Origin: Klebsormidium nitens
Taxonomy: Eukaryota; Plantae; Klebsormidiophyceae
NCBI GenBank assembly: GCA_000708835.1
Contig: DF237058.1
Location: forward strand, 124,001 to 188,000
Reading direction: 5' to 3'
DNA length: 64,000 nt
Shown: positions 1 to 11,355 of the stretch, piece after piece
Layout of the letters: the number at the start of each line of letters is the position of its first letter
Position numbering within the stretch: position 1 is the first letter of the stretch
The notes under the pieces: generated by a model
Seen by the model: the letters and a program-made list of their open reading frames with translations, nothing else
Database searches by the model: none
Told to the model about the DNA's origin: nothing
Position numbers and translations under genes: made by a program

Positions 1-587
1 AGGCTAAGTGCATACAAAATGGCGGCGTCAGATGGAATTTTACCAGACGGCTGCTCGATCGTGCAGAAAGTATGGTACCGGCCAAGAATTCCGCGCGATA
101 AGAAGTGAACTTGGCAGGACTAAGGCATATCAGGCTGGAAACTTAGGTAGGCCGGCACGCAGAACTCGAGTCCTCGTGAACGGTTCATTCATATTGAAGA
201 TTCGGGAAACATATACTGTTATACAGGGTACGAAGTCTGAGATATCGGTTCGAGGGCCCATACCATGGTCTCAGTTACCTTTCAATTTCATCTTCTTGTT
301 TTCGCTAAATGTGACGCATATCTGCTGATTGCATGTACGTGGCGCATGACGATACCGTGGAGGACGGATCTTCTGAAATCGTTTGATGATAGCTGTCGCG
401 TAGAAAATTTTAACCTCAAGCGCGTGCGGCTGCCACCGCAACATGGCGAGGACTGATATAAATCAGGGTCACTGCAATGAACGTGAGAAGCGCAAAGTCT
501 TTCAATCTACCTTTCCGACGTGGAATAAGATTGTTTATGATTTTACTATGATAAGCATACAGGCTTTCTTTTTTCTCAGCAATATAT

Positions 588-1445
588 TTGATCTCAGTTC
601 GCTCGAACACATGTCTTGCCTCTGCCTTCTGCTGCTCGCCGGCACCAATAGCTCCGCCTTATGACTCTCGAAAGAGAACCTCGTGCCGTCGGAGAGAAAA
701 AGGATCCTACCAGCATGATCGTCACAATTGTGTTCCATACAACTGATACGGGAAGCTTCGCTGACGTCACCTGCAACCGACACGTTGCAGCACAGCTCTC
801 AGCCTCATGTTGGACATTCCTACTTGCCAGCATGGGCTCGTGTTTCACTGCCGCATCCCAAACGACAGGGTAACCAGTCCGACCAGGAATGACGTCCACG
901 TGGACGTCCCCTTCTTCTCAAGAGGCGGGGGCAAATCCCTCTATCCAGCATAATATCTTTATCGTGGAAAACAATTTGCAGGTTACGGAAGGAAGGGTCA
1001 AGATAGAGGGCTTCTATGCTCTGGCTGGAAAAACCGGCGCTTCCAAGTAGGCTCAAACGACAAGGAGACGAGATCGCGCATGGATGCTGGCAAGTTCCTG
1101 TTCTCTACGTGGCTAAGGCAGGATTGGCTTAAACTCTTTGCCATCTTTGTTGTCCTGGCGATTCAAGCTGACACCGTTACAACTCCTTCTGATTCGAAGA
1201 TAGTCGTTGTCACAAACGACAACAAGACCCAGCCACGGACTTTGAGCTGCGGTATGTATTGCCGTTTCCAATCTCAAGTTTCTGAGAACTTGTCCGGGGC
1301 GTCCTTGTCGAACAGCGCCAGCACCCGGGCCACTTATTGCTCGCTGCCACCTGGCGCGTGCTTCATTGCCTATGACTGCAGGCCCGTTCCCCACGCCCGA
1401 CTGACAAGGGGTTGACAGAAATAAACTGATGAAGAACGTCTGCAT
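588..1445 (-). pseudogene. Decayed partial duplicate of the VMP1 3' end (last two exons plus intervening intron)
   Basis: ~588-785 aligns with 3365-3570 (VWNTIVTIMLVG vs [12 protein letters not shown]) and ~1250-1445 aligns with 4015-4210 (cttgtcgaacagcgccagcacc and gctcgctgccacctggcgcgtgcttcat identical), offset ~2.77 kb. Both exon copies are frameshifted. No upstream exon copies seen. Confidence 0.8.
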
Positions 1446-1686
1446 CTCTCGGGGGGGGAACATTAAGCAGAGGCGGCGGGAGTAGAGAGCGCCTCTTCAG
1501 ATCGGATCTCAAAAAACCTACGGCGAGAACGACGTTTGCACAGATTCAAAGGAGCTTACTTAATGAATAAACACGACGAAAGCGACGGGCATCTAGGACG
1601 CGTTTTGGAACCATCTCTTAGGACCTTTTCTCCAAGCCCACTCCCGGAATCATCTGGAACGAGAGAGGGCCGCCGGCCGCGGCCGC

Positions 1687-2633
1687 ATGCCCCAAATGCA
1701 GCGACTCAGCGAAGCCGCTCGCTTCTCAAAACCCTTTCCAAACCGCGCCCGCGTGCCTTTTGGCGGCCGCGAAGTATTACGCGTAACAGTTGTGTTTGTT
1801 CAAGTTGACGCTCAGCAAAAAGTGACTTCTTCACAGCGTATGGGCGCACTTCTGAGCGCCATGGGTCTCTCCGACTGGTACACCGCAAGGTGGGGTCGCC
1901 CTGGCGCAGACAGCATCTCCCCTGAACAGCTACAAAAGCTTGACTCCAATTATGTGAAAGCAACTTCTCCGGAAGAAGCGCTGATGACGAAACAGCAGGC
2001 TGTAGCGGAAGTGCCTGAGCCTTCGATTGTCACTCCGTGGGTCTTGAACGAAGTTGTCATCTCTGCCGAACGACTTGACCACATCGAAGCAGAGGGCCAC
2101 TTTGAGCTTCATGCCGCAAGGCTGCTCAGCTGCTGGATAGCGTATGCGACCAGTTCCCGAGGGCCTTTGCCACGGAGTTGTGCTTGTTCATGCAGAAGAC
2201 AGAACAGGGCCAGCACATTATCGATAGAACTCGCTCGGTTGCGGCGTTTCTGATTCCGTTGTTTACAAGCAAAAGGGCTGCGATTCACATCAAGAACGGC
2301 TCACAGGAACTGTGGCCTTCCGTTCTGCTCTGCTTGGGCCAGCACCTTCAGTGGGCTTGCAAAGAGTCGCCGGCGGAAGCAATTCTGATGCAAGCGAGGG
2401 TCCGGCAACTGCTGAACAGGGTTGAGTCGCTGGCGTTCAACCGTGCGTATATGAAGGGCCTCGGTCATGACAACGAGAGAAGCTGGACTGGCCACGGGAA
2501 AAATGTGAGGAACTTGCTGCGCGGCATCGAAAAGCTGCTTCGCGATTCCGCGGGGCTGGAAGTGGAAGCCAAACGGGAGGCGGCAAAGGCCTCGGCAAAA
2601 CGAGCTCCTTGGGAGAAGGGAGGAGGTGCATAA
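1687..2633 (+). CDS. Unidentified overlapping ORF pair (1687-2253 and 2178-2633), possibly one frameshifted gene
   Basis: 188-aa and 151-aa protein-like ORFs; the internal ATG at 1840 gives MGALLS. The best splice pair (GT 2142, AG 2195) does not change frame, so the ORFs do not join cleanly. No family recognised. Confidence 0.35.
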
Positions 2634-2639
2634 GAGGCC

Positions 2640-3330
2640 AGCGGTGTCACGATATGATCATCAGCAGAGTTGGCTGCGTTTACGTGCTTTCATGTGATGC
2701 AAGTGCGGTACCTAGTTACATGAATGAGCAGCTTTAGTATGAGATGATACTTAAGTGACAATGGAGTGATATTAACAGTTCGTGCTCGCGGACGTGGGGA
2801 GAGCTTGAGGGTACGCCAGACTTTTCTTCTGATCATTTGCAACTTTTGCTCGGCAGCGAATCCAGGTACTGAGGATACTGCCACGTATGCAGCTCTCCAT
2901 GAATAGTGAGTGCATGTCTGGTCAACATTGCGGGCCCGAATCGTCGTTCTAGTGACTCGTATGGGTCATGTCACTCTGTTGGCAGCGGCACGATGCAACA
3001 GATATGATCGGCGCAGTTTTGTGGATGCATGCCATGCAATAATAGAATGGAGTCGACGCGTATACTGGGATGGTCCGTGGCCAAATTTCTATGAGTGGGC
3101 ATAGCCACCGCCATGTGTATCAAGCGGCGACTTGAAGACATCGATGGCCCGTGGCCACAAAATGATGGACGGTGAGGGTATACAAGAGGGTCGGATATTT
3201 TGACTGGAGTAGTTCCGGCTGTGTCGCCAATGACCTTGACAAGCGCAGGGGCCCGGAACCTAGCCGCTCCTGTAATCCTCGTTGAATCAACCTTCCAGAC
3301 TTGAATCAAGAATGTTTATCATATCACCCG
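2640..3330. other. CATG/TGCA-rich, palindrome-containing intergenic island between convergent 3' ends
   Basis: atgatcat 2654-2661, cgggcccg 2931-2938, tgcatg-c-catgca 3026-3038. Boundaries approximate. Confidence 0.4.
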
Positions 3331-3339
3331 CATGAGCTT

Positions 3340-6300
3340 CTATGCCTCCTTGCTCTCTAATCTATCTAATCTCTGTTCGCTCAAAGAATCGCCTCTCGCC
3401 TCTGCCTTCTGCTTGCCTGCTAGTGTCAATAGCTCCGCCTTATGCTTCTCAAAAAGATAACCTCGTGCCGTCGAAGTCACAATCGATCCCAGGAACCCCA
3501 CCAGCATCAGCGTCACGATCGTGTTCCACACTGTTGATACAGACAGCTTCGCTGACTTTTCCTGCAACGCAAGAGTGCGGATCAGCTCTCAGCTTCACTT
3601 CATGTTGCACCGCTTTCAACGACAGTGTCAACAGTCATACCAAGATCGACGTCGACGACACAAAGGTGGGGGAAAGTCTCCGCTGACCAGCTTACACATG
3701 GTTTCTGAGAACTTAGACAACCTACAACGCTAAGACGAAGTACTCGACGGGTTTTCAAGACAGACGCATTTTCTGCCCGGCCTGGAGGAACGCGGCGCTT
3801 CTGGGGTCAAGTCCGAGGAACACCATAAGCGGAGACCCCACATGGGCTCGCCAAAAAGTCCTAACCATGGGGCCTTCTCCTGACAAAGCAGGCCCAGCCT
3901 CAGCTTTCGCTGGGGCGGACAGTGCACGGTAGAAAAGTCGTCTCCAGGTGCAAATCTAGGTAAGCTGCAGTTATGACGCTCCTGAGCATGCCGACAGCTC
4001 GAAACACGTACCGTGGGTTGCGGTATAGACGCGCAGTTCCCGTTCGAGTCCTCTGAGAACTTGTCCCGGGCCTTGTCGAACAGCGCCAGCACCTGGGAGA
4101 CCAATCGCTCGCTGCCACCTGGCGCGTGCTTCATCGCCCACTGCAGGGCGCGCTCGACGCGCTCGACGGACGCGGCGTTGAACACCAAGATGATGAAGAA
4201 CGTCTGCAGCGAGGGGGGAGGGAGGTACTGAGAAGCGGGGGCGAAGGTCAATATTGGCAATGTTTCTTGGGGTAACTGACTGCGAGGACCACAAAGCGGG
4301 AGCAGATTTGCAAAAGCCACAAGCCGACTGCTCAGCGGGTTGAATGACAAAACCTACGCACATCTCCATGCCGTTGGATCCGGCTCCGAGCCATCGGCTG
4401 AATTGGCACCCCTCGAACAAAGTACTTTAGCCTGAAAGCACCCCGCTTCGACATCGACGCAAGGAAAAGAAAACAACCGGACCAGATATGGGTTCAAGAG
4501 ACCAACGCGCCATCCGTGATTCGCTTCGTCCCTCTGCTTCGAGTCGCTTCCGCATGCCAGCCTAAGAACAACTGAGAGCGAGACAAACTGTCTGAATAAC
4601 AAGTTGCCTTTGCCCACCTGTATGTGCGTCTTGATGATCGCTTTCCCAATCAGCGTGGCCGAGAAGAACTTGGCGAACGGCACCAGGAAGTGGCCGCAGG
4701 TGATACCGGCCAAGTCGAACAAAGGGTTAGGTACCTGTCAGGCAGAACGGGAGGCACTTTAAGTCCTGGAATGAACTATCGAGATGAAGGAGCGGGTTGA
4801 AAAGGGATCTCACCCAGGCCAAAATACTAAAAAAGCCGACTCGATTTATATCAGCAACATGACGAAAGCAACGACCAGTCCACGTAAATCCAGGAAGTGA
4901 CGACACCGACGATGAGTCCACGTAACCCTACGCAAGTCTGGTCGTTGCCGCTCACAGAAGTGATCTGGGTCCTTGGTGCTGTCAGAAGTAAACCCTGAGA
5001 CATTCAGACGACTGGCGCCCGGCAATTTCTGAGACCATCATCGAGACGCCTGGTATCGTTGATTGCTTGGCCAGACCGACGCAAACAGACAATGACTTTC
5101 TAAAGTGCTCTCACGTAAGGAATTGTTGGTTGATCGTTGCCGGACAGGCAATGCCATTGCCGAAGAAGCGGACCATCGCTCACCGAGGCGAATAATAGAA
5201 TGGTGAAGAAGCCAAAGTTCTTGGCGTGGTGGAAGATGAACCGCTGCGCGCGCTCCATCAGCGTTCCTCGCCCCTCCGTGTCTTCCCGGTCGAGGTCCTC
5301 CAGCTCCTTCACCCGCTCCCCAGACAAGCGCGCTGCAGAGGAGAACCCGCAACGAAACCTTGATCTCTTGTCGAGCCGCTGTTTCTGTCGCCCGAACCTG
5401 GAGCTTTCTTGAGATATCATAAGTATATGCTGCCTTTGACCCACACAAAGGTGTACAACCCCTGCCGGAGGTTGAAAGCTCCGGTTGAAAGATCGTCTAC
5501 TGTTCTCGCCCTTTCTGAGCACAGTGCCTGCTGTAAACAATGCTCTGCCAGGTGACATGTACGCTGGACTTGACAGAACGGCAGAAGGCGCTGATGAGAA
5601 GAAGAAGAAGAGAGCAGCCCCAAAGCTCGGGAAGAGAGAAGCGACTCCTCTGAGGCTGTAGTGGGAAGGGTTCCTTTCCATCAGCTGGCGCTTTCTTCAT
5701 CCTCAGGGAGACGATAGCGCATGTCTAACTTCACCTGGTAAGTGTCCAGATGCCACTATTGGCCCCAAAACATGCGGCAAGAATTGTGCAACCCAGTCGT
5801 GTCTACGATTCTTCCGAACCCTTCGAGCTCCGAGGTTGTCAAAACAAGCGTTTTCTCAACTACCTGCGACGAAGCAGCTCCCCCAGGATCACAGAGGCTC
5901 TCAGCAATCTGCTCAAACACTTCTTTTCATTTTTCAATAAGCTTCTTCCACCGTTCACAAAACTCTGCTTTCGACGCTCCCCCTCCCTCACCTGCCCGCG
6001 ACACAAAGTACGGCGGCAGCTCCCCGAGCGCCGTCCCGAGCCCCCAGAGCACCGCCTCGACCTGGACCTGCCGGAGCAGGGTGAGAATGGGCACCTTGTA
6101 CCCGCCATGCTCCGACGGAAAGTGCGGGAACGCGGGGGGGCCCAGGTCCTCGCAGCTTTTTCTGGCCCATGTGGATTCCACGTGCCACTGTGCGGTGTCG
6201 TAGATGCTTTGCTTGATGTCGACGCGGCCGCACTGGGTGGCTTTCATGACGAACGCCGCGATGTGGGGGCCGAGGTACAGGACGAAGGTGTGCAGGCCGG

Positions 6301-8134
6301 AACCTGAGAGGGGTTACGAGGGGGGGTCTGGTCAAATTGAAGCCTAACGACGTTTTGAGAGTCTTATGCCAAACAGAGAACAAGTAGAACCAGATGAGGG
6401 CCGGAGATGTGCCAAAAGCTCTAGGAAAAAATATTAGTGATCTAAAGCTCCACCCAAGCAAACTGCACGAGATAAGACAGAAATAATTGAAAATAGACGT
6501 GCAGAAAAAGCTCAAGCCTTTGGTAAGTCCGGTAGGTTTCATCGATCGAGGTTTAAAACCACCGATCAAAATTTCAGGCCCATCTTGGGCCAGATGAACG
6601 AAACATACTCGTGAGACAGTATGACTCCCTCGGAAGTGATCGTGGGGTACAACGGCAACGCATCTGGCTCAGAGGACCTTAAGTGCTTCCCAACAACAAA
6701 TCTCCAAAAGCAGTTCCCGACCAGAACTTGGGACTAGCAACGAAGGAAAACTGGCTTGTCACTGACAGACCTGCCAGATTATTCCTGGTTGTCTGAGCTG
6801 GAAGGTGTCGCGAGAACTCTACGGAGGCACCTTCTTGTCGACATGAGGCGCCCTGCCAGCACAACGAACGCTCTTGCCTAGCCAAGGAACACGTGATTGC
6901 AAAGATCTCCAAAAGCCTTTCAGTGACGAGCATCGAGGTGTTAACCCCAAAAGACAACTGTTTCCCCTCAGATCCAAGGCAGTCTCTGACATAACTACCG
7001 TCGCTCTTTTGAGACCTCCCAAGAAAGGCTTTCCACAATGACACTCGTGCTTACCGAGGCCAATGGAAGAGGCAATCCCCAAGAGGATCCACCAGACTGC
7101 GTACTTGAATGTTGCCACCAACTCATGTATGTACTGCAGGATGCACGGTTGAAAAACTGCTTGAATCAAACTTGCTCGATCCTTGCTTCTGAAGATGGCT
7201 AAACAAAAGTCCCTCCTTGATTTTGTTTAGCAGCTCTTGACTTGACAACCACTTCCAAGTTCCCGAACATCTGCAGAATCCACTGCAACCACTTTTCATC
7301 AACATCATTCGCATCAATAATCAAACGTCAGATTCTGATTTGTCCACCTTCAGATCCTACACCACTTCTTCTACACCACTTCTTCGACTGGCCCTCGAGG
7401 CTGATGCAGATGCCGTTTTTTTGCCTTGAAAAGACTCGGCATCACATCTTCCACACCAGAATTTTTGGGTAAGCATTCCCCATCTTGAGAGTAATGGCAC
7501 ATCACTCCAAATTGCAAATATTGACAAGGGCTAAATCGCACTCACCTTGTGTTGTGGAACGTCCAAGACCCAACATGTGCTGGCTACAAGACCAAACAAC
7601 AGCAGGACTGCTTGCATGAACCGCCGCCTCCGCAGATATTGCAGCGTCTCCGTCAGGTACTCAAGGACCGCCAGGCAGAAGTACTTTAGCGTCAGCAGAG
7701 GATGCCGCGTGAGAGAGAGGCGGTCGCGCAACCTCCTTTGAGCATCTTGAAGGGCTGCAGGCCAAAGAGGGGAGTCAGATACAGCAAATAAAAGTTTTCC
7801 AATTTTCTTTGAGCATCCTCTTCTTCCAAAAACAATTGAAAAACAAACACTCTTCATTGGGGAAACAACATTAGTACCACCTTCCATCACCTTTCAGCTA
7901 CTGCAAGTGGTTGTCCTGGTCACTTTCTCAAAACTAGGGAAAAAGTCATGTTGACAGTCTGGACATTTGTCCAAAGAACATGAGATGTTCTGAACAAGAG
8001 ATCAGCAGCAAGATCAAAAGGAGACGCTCACCATGCATCTCCTGTTTCTGTCTTCCTGCCAGGTCCTCTTCCGTCCCGCTTGGACCCTCCATCCCTTTGA
8101 TCTCTCCTTCAAAGTCACCAGCTGTCTGTGCCAT
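3340..8134 (-). CDS. VMP1: Vacuole membrane protein 1 (VMP1/KMS1-like), 8 exons, ~460 aa
   Basis: Exons 8032-8134, 7546-7754, 7055-7133, 5992-6303, 5184-5332, 4618-4734, 4012-4203, 3340-3561; all GT-AG and phase-consistent. Motifs [70 protein letters not shown] match plant VMP1. Confidence 0.95.
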
Positions 8135-8744
8135 CCTTCTCCACGCTACAGTCCTTCCATTTTCTGACTTCTCTTCGAAACAAGCTGGAAAACCTAGTCT
8201 TGTGAGTGGGGCGTCACTTTCATTTTTCCTCCAGCGCACAAAACCCCTGCTTTCGGCTTCGAATGACTCGCGTTGCAGCACTGCAACCTCAGCAAGGGTG
8301 TGATGAAGAGGCAGAGCAAGGATCTTCGGAAGCAAGCTAGGTATTACTATTAGATGTAGCGCCGCCACTTCTCCCAACTGACTCGAAGTTGTGGCAGCTT
8401 TCTTCTTTTCCTCCACTTTCGAAGCTCCTGCTGACGGCTGATTTGGTTGACAGGATCGACTCGGGAGGGTTACTCGTTAGCCGCTCTGTTAAAGTGTCGA
8501 CATGGAGTTCAGGGACAGTGTGCGAGTCGCGACACCATCTGAACATGGTCAGAGGATTAACCAACCCGGGTTTCTGGTGAGAGGTTAGCTGTCCGGCCAA
8601 AGCCAGACAGAAGTCTTCAAAGCGCACTGGTTCAAAGTGAACTTCTGTCAAAGCGCATTGGTTCAAAGCAGAAATTTCTTTTCAAAGCAGATTTCTTTTT
8701 GCCAACAGCTCACTTCGTACCGCAACAATTCAGCGCTCACGGAG
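8135..8744. promoter_or_regulatory. Putative bidirectional promoter (VMP1 / microprotein)
   Basis: 610 bp between divergent start codons (8134 on -, 8745 on +). Inferred from geometry only. Confidence 0.5.
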
Positions 8745-9832
8745 ATGGCTAGTGGAAACTATCAGCAGGGGAAGAACTGGACCAGCGGCGGGGATGGAAA
8801 AGGAAATGCAACCTACTCGAATGGCTATGGAGAGAAGATCTCCAACCCGGTATGTCTGCTGGCCTGACATCCAATTTGGAGGTGTCTGCCTGTTGCATCT
8901 GAACCGTCTTGCGAAAAGTCTGTGAAAAATGGCTGGCCAATGTTCCAGAATGTCTGGCTTTTCTCACATTATGCACTGCTTGATCTTTCAGCATTGTCTT
9001 ATATCTTTCTAGAAGCATTGGTCTCCCCTACATCTGTAAGCATAGAATTGAAAGATTGAGGTATGCTGCTGCAAGCCAGACTTCAGAAATCAAATCACAG
9101 AGGTGGCGAAATGTAACAGTTCAGAGCCCCTCTCAAGTGTTATCCACCATTGGCGGTTCTTACAGAGCGCTTACTTCGACACGGTGGCAAAGAATTCCTA
9201 TGGGTACAACAATTCATACAGCAACGGGAATGGAAAGGGGATTTCAAATCCGGGTTCTTACTTCAAGGTAAGCTCCATATCCAAGAGTAATGACTCGCAG
9301 GGCCACAAGAATATGGAAGTGCCTGAATAACCATCTTTTCAGAGGACGAGGTTTTCTCCAGCTTGACCCCTTTGCTTGCGTCTCTGCAGTGGGTTTTGGA
9401 AGCCTCTGGAAAGTTCCTAACATCCTGCCTGTCTGCATAAAATCCCTTCTCAGTTGATCAAGCCTGAGATGGTCAAATCCAATGAAGTCCTACTATCAAC
9501 GTGCCTTCACTTCAAACATGGCAGTAAGAGGCACCTACATACAATCATTAAGGACAATTGTTTGTTGAATGATTTGTCCTAACCACCACTAAATCTGCAA
9601 TGCAGGCCGTGGCAGAAGATCGTTATGGGTGAGTCCAGTTGCTGGTTGACAATCTCTGCACTCAAGTGGGCTGAGCAGCCTACAATTTCCTTGCTCTGAG
9701 AGTGCCCTTTCACTTCACTCTTGATGTTGATTCCTTAGGCACTTTCTGCTCGACCCCTGCCAACCAGATAAGTTGAAGCCTTTCAAATGTCATTGTTCTT
9801 GTTATTGCCCTTGCAGCTACAACAAGAAGTAG
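8745..9832 (+). CDS. Unrecognised 81-aa Gly/Asn/Tyr/Ser-rich protein with two tandem 29-residue repeats
   Basis: Exons 8745-8849, 9166-9267, 9606-9628, 9817-9832 (GT-AG; 246 nt) give MASGNYQQGKNWTSGGDGKGNATYSNGYGEKISNPSAYFDTVAKNSYGYNNSYSNGNGKGISNPGSYFKAVAEDRYGYNKK*. The repeats match at 17 of 27 aligned residues. Confidence 0.8.
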
Positions 9833-10349
9833 TGTCCATGAGCCGGATTCAATGCGATGGGCGAACGGGTCGAGTGGTGAAGGTTCTTGGGACTTTTTCA
9901 TGCGGAGGGAGTTCAGAGTAGTAGCAATATGTTATATATAGGTTTGTAAGCAGTTGTACAGAAGATATACAGAGGACCGATGTGCTAGGTCTGCCTTGTA
10001 GCCATCAAGGGGTATGGACTCCTCGGCCAGCTGATGTTTTGTGCGGCTGCCTGGACCAGACAATAGAAGGGACCTATAGTGGTGGCAGTCACTCAAAGAG
10101 TCTTGCAAGCGGACCACCATCCAGATCGGAAGGGTTCTGTTGCAAAGCAGAAGGCTCAGGGCCTCTAGCCGATCCTTCCACCACGGAAGGGAATGTACTT
10201 TCGAAATACAACCAAACACTGTGGGCACAGGGTCACGAGCAGAAAGTTGAACGTACTGTAAATCCAATAGACCTGAGCCTTTGAAATCGTTGGTATAAGT
10301 TGTGCACATATAATATGTGTGGTTCTGATCATTTCGCCTCCCGAATTTC

Positions 10350-10720
10350 AAGTTTTATGTTTGCGGCTTGTGACATGTTAATTTGATGTGACAATGATAT
10401 TATAACCAAGCACAGACGTCATGCAGCTTGGCTCGTATATATGAACGGCTAGCTATGTATAGGCTACATTGAACCATGTCGGATGCTTGTAATTGCATAT
10501 ACAATTTGATTGGAAATGTACAAAAACTTGTCCGCGAGGAAATGGTTTTGATGCTGGCAGCGCCCGCGCGTCTCAGCAGATGTGGAAGGGCCGGGGCAGC
10601 TACATGGATACGGAAAGATTTCTTCTTGTTGGCGGCCCATCATGTGCATATAACGGCCCATATACGTGACACAATTCTTCATATGCAAAACAAAGAAGCC
10701 GCCTGCAGATTGACTGAGGG
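10350..10720. other. Weaker CATG/TGCA-rich intergenic island between convergent 3' ends
   Basis: Repeated catg/tgca/atat words with only short palindromes (gctagc, tagcta, atatat). Weakest of the islands. Confidence 0.25.
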
Positions 10721-11355
10721 GCTCCAAATATACCATTCTTGACACAAGGGACTCGGCTGCCCGGCATTTGCAGCATGTGAGCACTGACCTAACCATCGCT
10801 CAATATTGAACTGCAAAGTCTTATTCAAGAACTGAACCTTTCGGAAAGGAGAGGCATGCATTTGGTTTCGAACTTACAAAAGTCAACTCCTCATCCTGTT
10901 AAGCCGTACGTTTATCTTGTCGTGGACGGTCGCTACCGACCAAGGACTTGCTGCCGGCTGATCTTGAACGATCCTTTTAACCTGCTCTTTTCATCGAACG
11001 ACGGTATAAGGGTCTACCTGGATTGTCCTATGTAGATTCAAAAACGTGCTTTTCGAATCCAGGTGCAGGAAGAAGGAGACCAAACTTCGCGTAGGGCTGC
11101 GTCCGTCACCTGATCGAAACAATATCATTGGATTAAAAGAGCATTTGCCGCATCAGCCCGTTCAAGCGCATAGACGTCAATTCTTTGAAATCTTTAAGGC
11201 GACAGAAGAGACAAACAAGGAGCGCGAACGTCCGAAATCAAAGGCGATCAACGTGGGCATGCGGAAGAAAGGAAAGAGGAGCCACCGCCTGACCTCGATC
11301 ATGCTTGCTTCTTTCGTCCGCTGCTCCGCAGAACATGGCCGTATGAGAACCGCCC

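Noticed and set aside
8-456. Short plus-strand ORFs at the window start, with a possible donor near 148
   Set aside because: Could be the tail of an upstream gene, but there is no motif or consistent splice model within the window.
2178-2253. Programmed ribosomal frameshift joining the ORF pair
   Set aside because: No slippery heptamer or stimulatory structure seen in the overlap.
3190-3204. 15-mer gtcggatattttgac whose reverse complement occurs at 27485-27499, both in islands
   Set aside because: A few 15-mer matches are expected by chance in 64 kb on two strands, and I saw no flanking homology.
9932-10796. Minus-strand ORFs of 110-139 aa
   Set aside because: No motifs or splice support; they lie in probable 3' UTR or intergenic island sequence.
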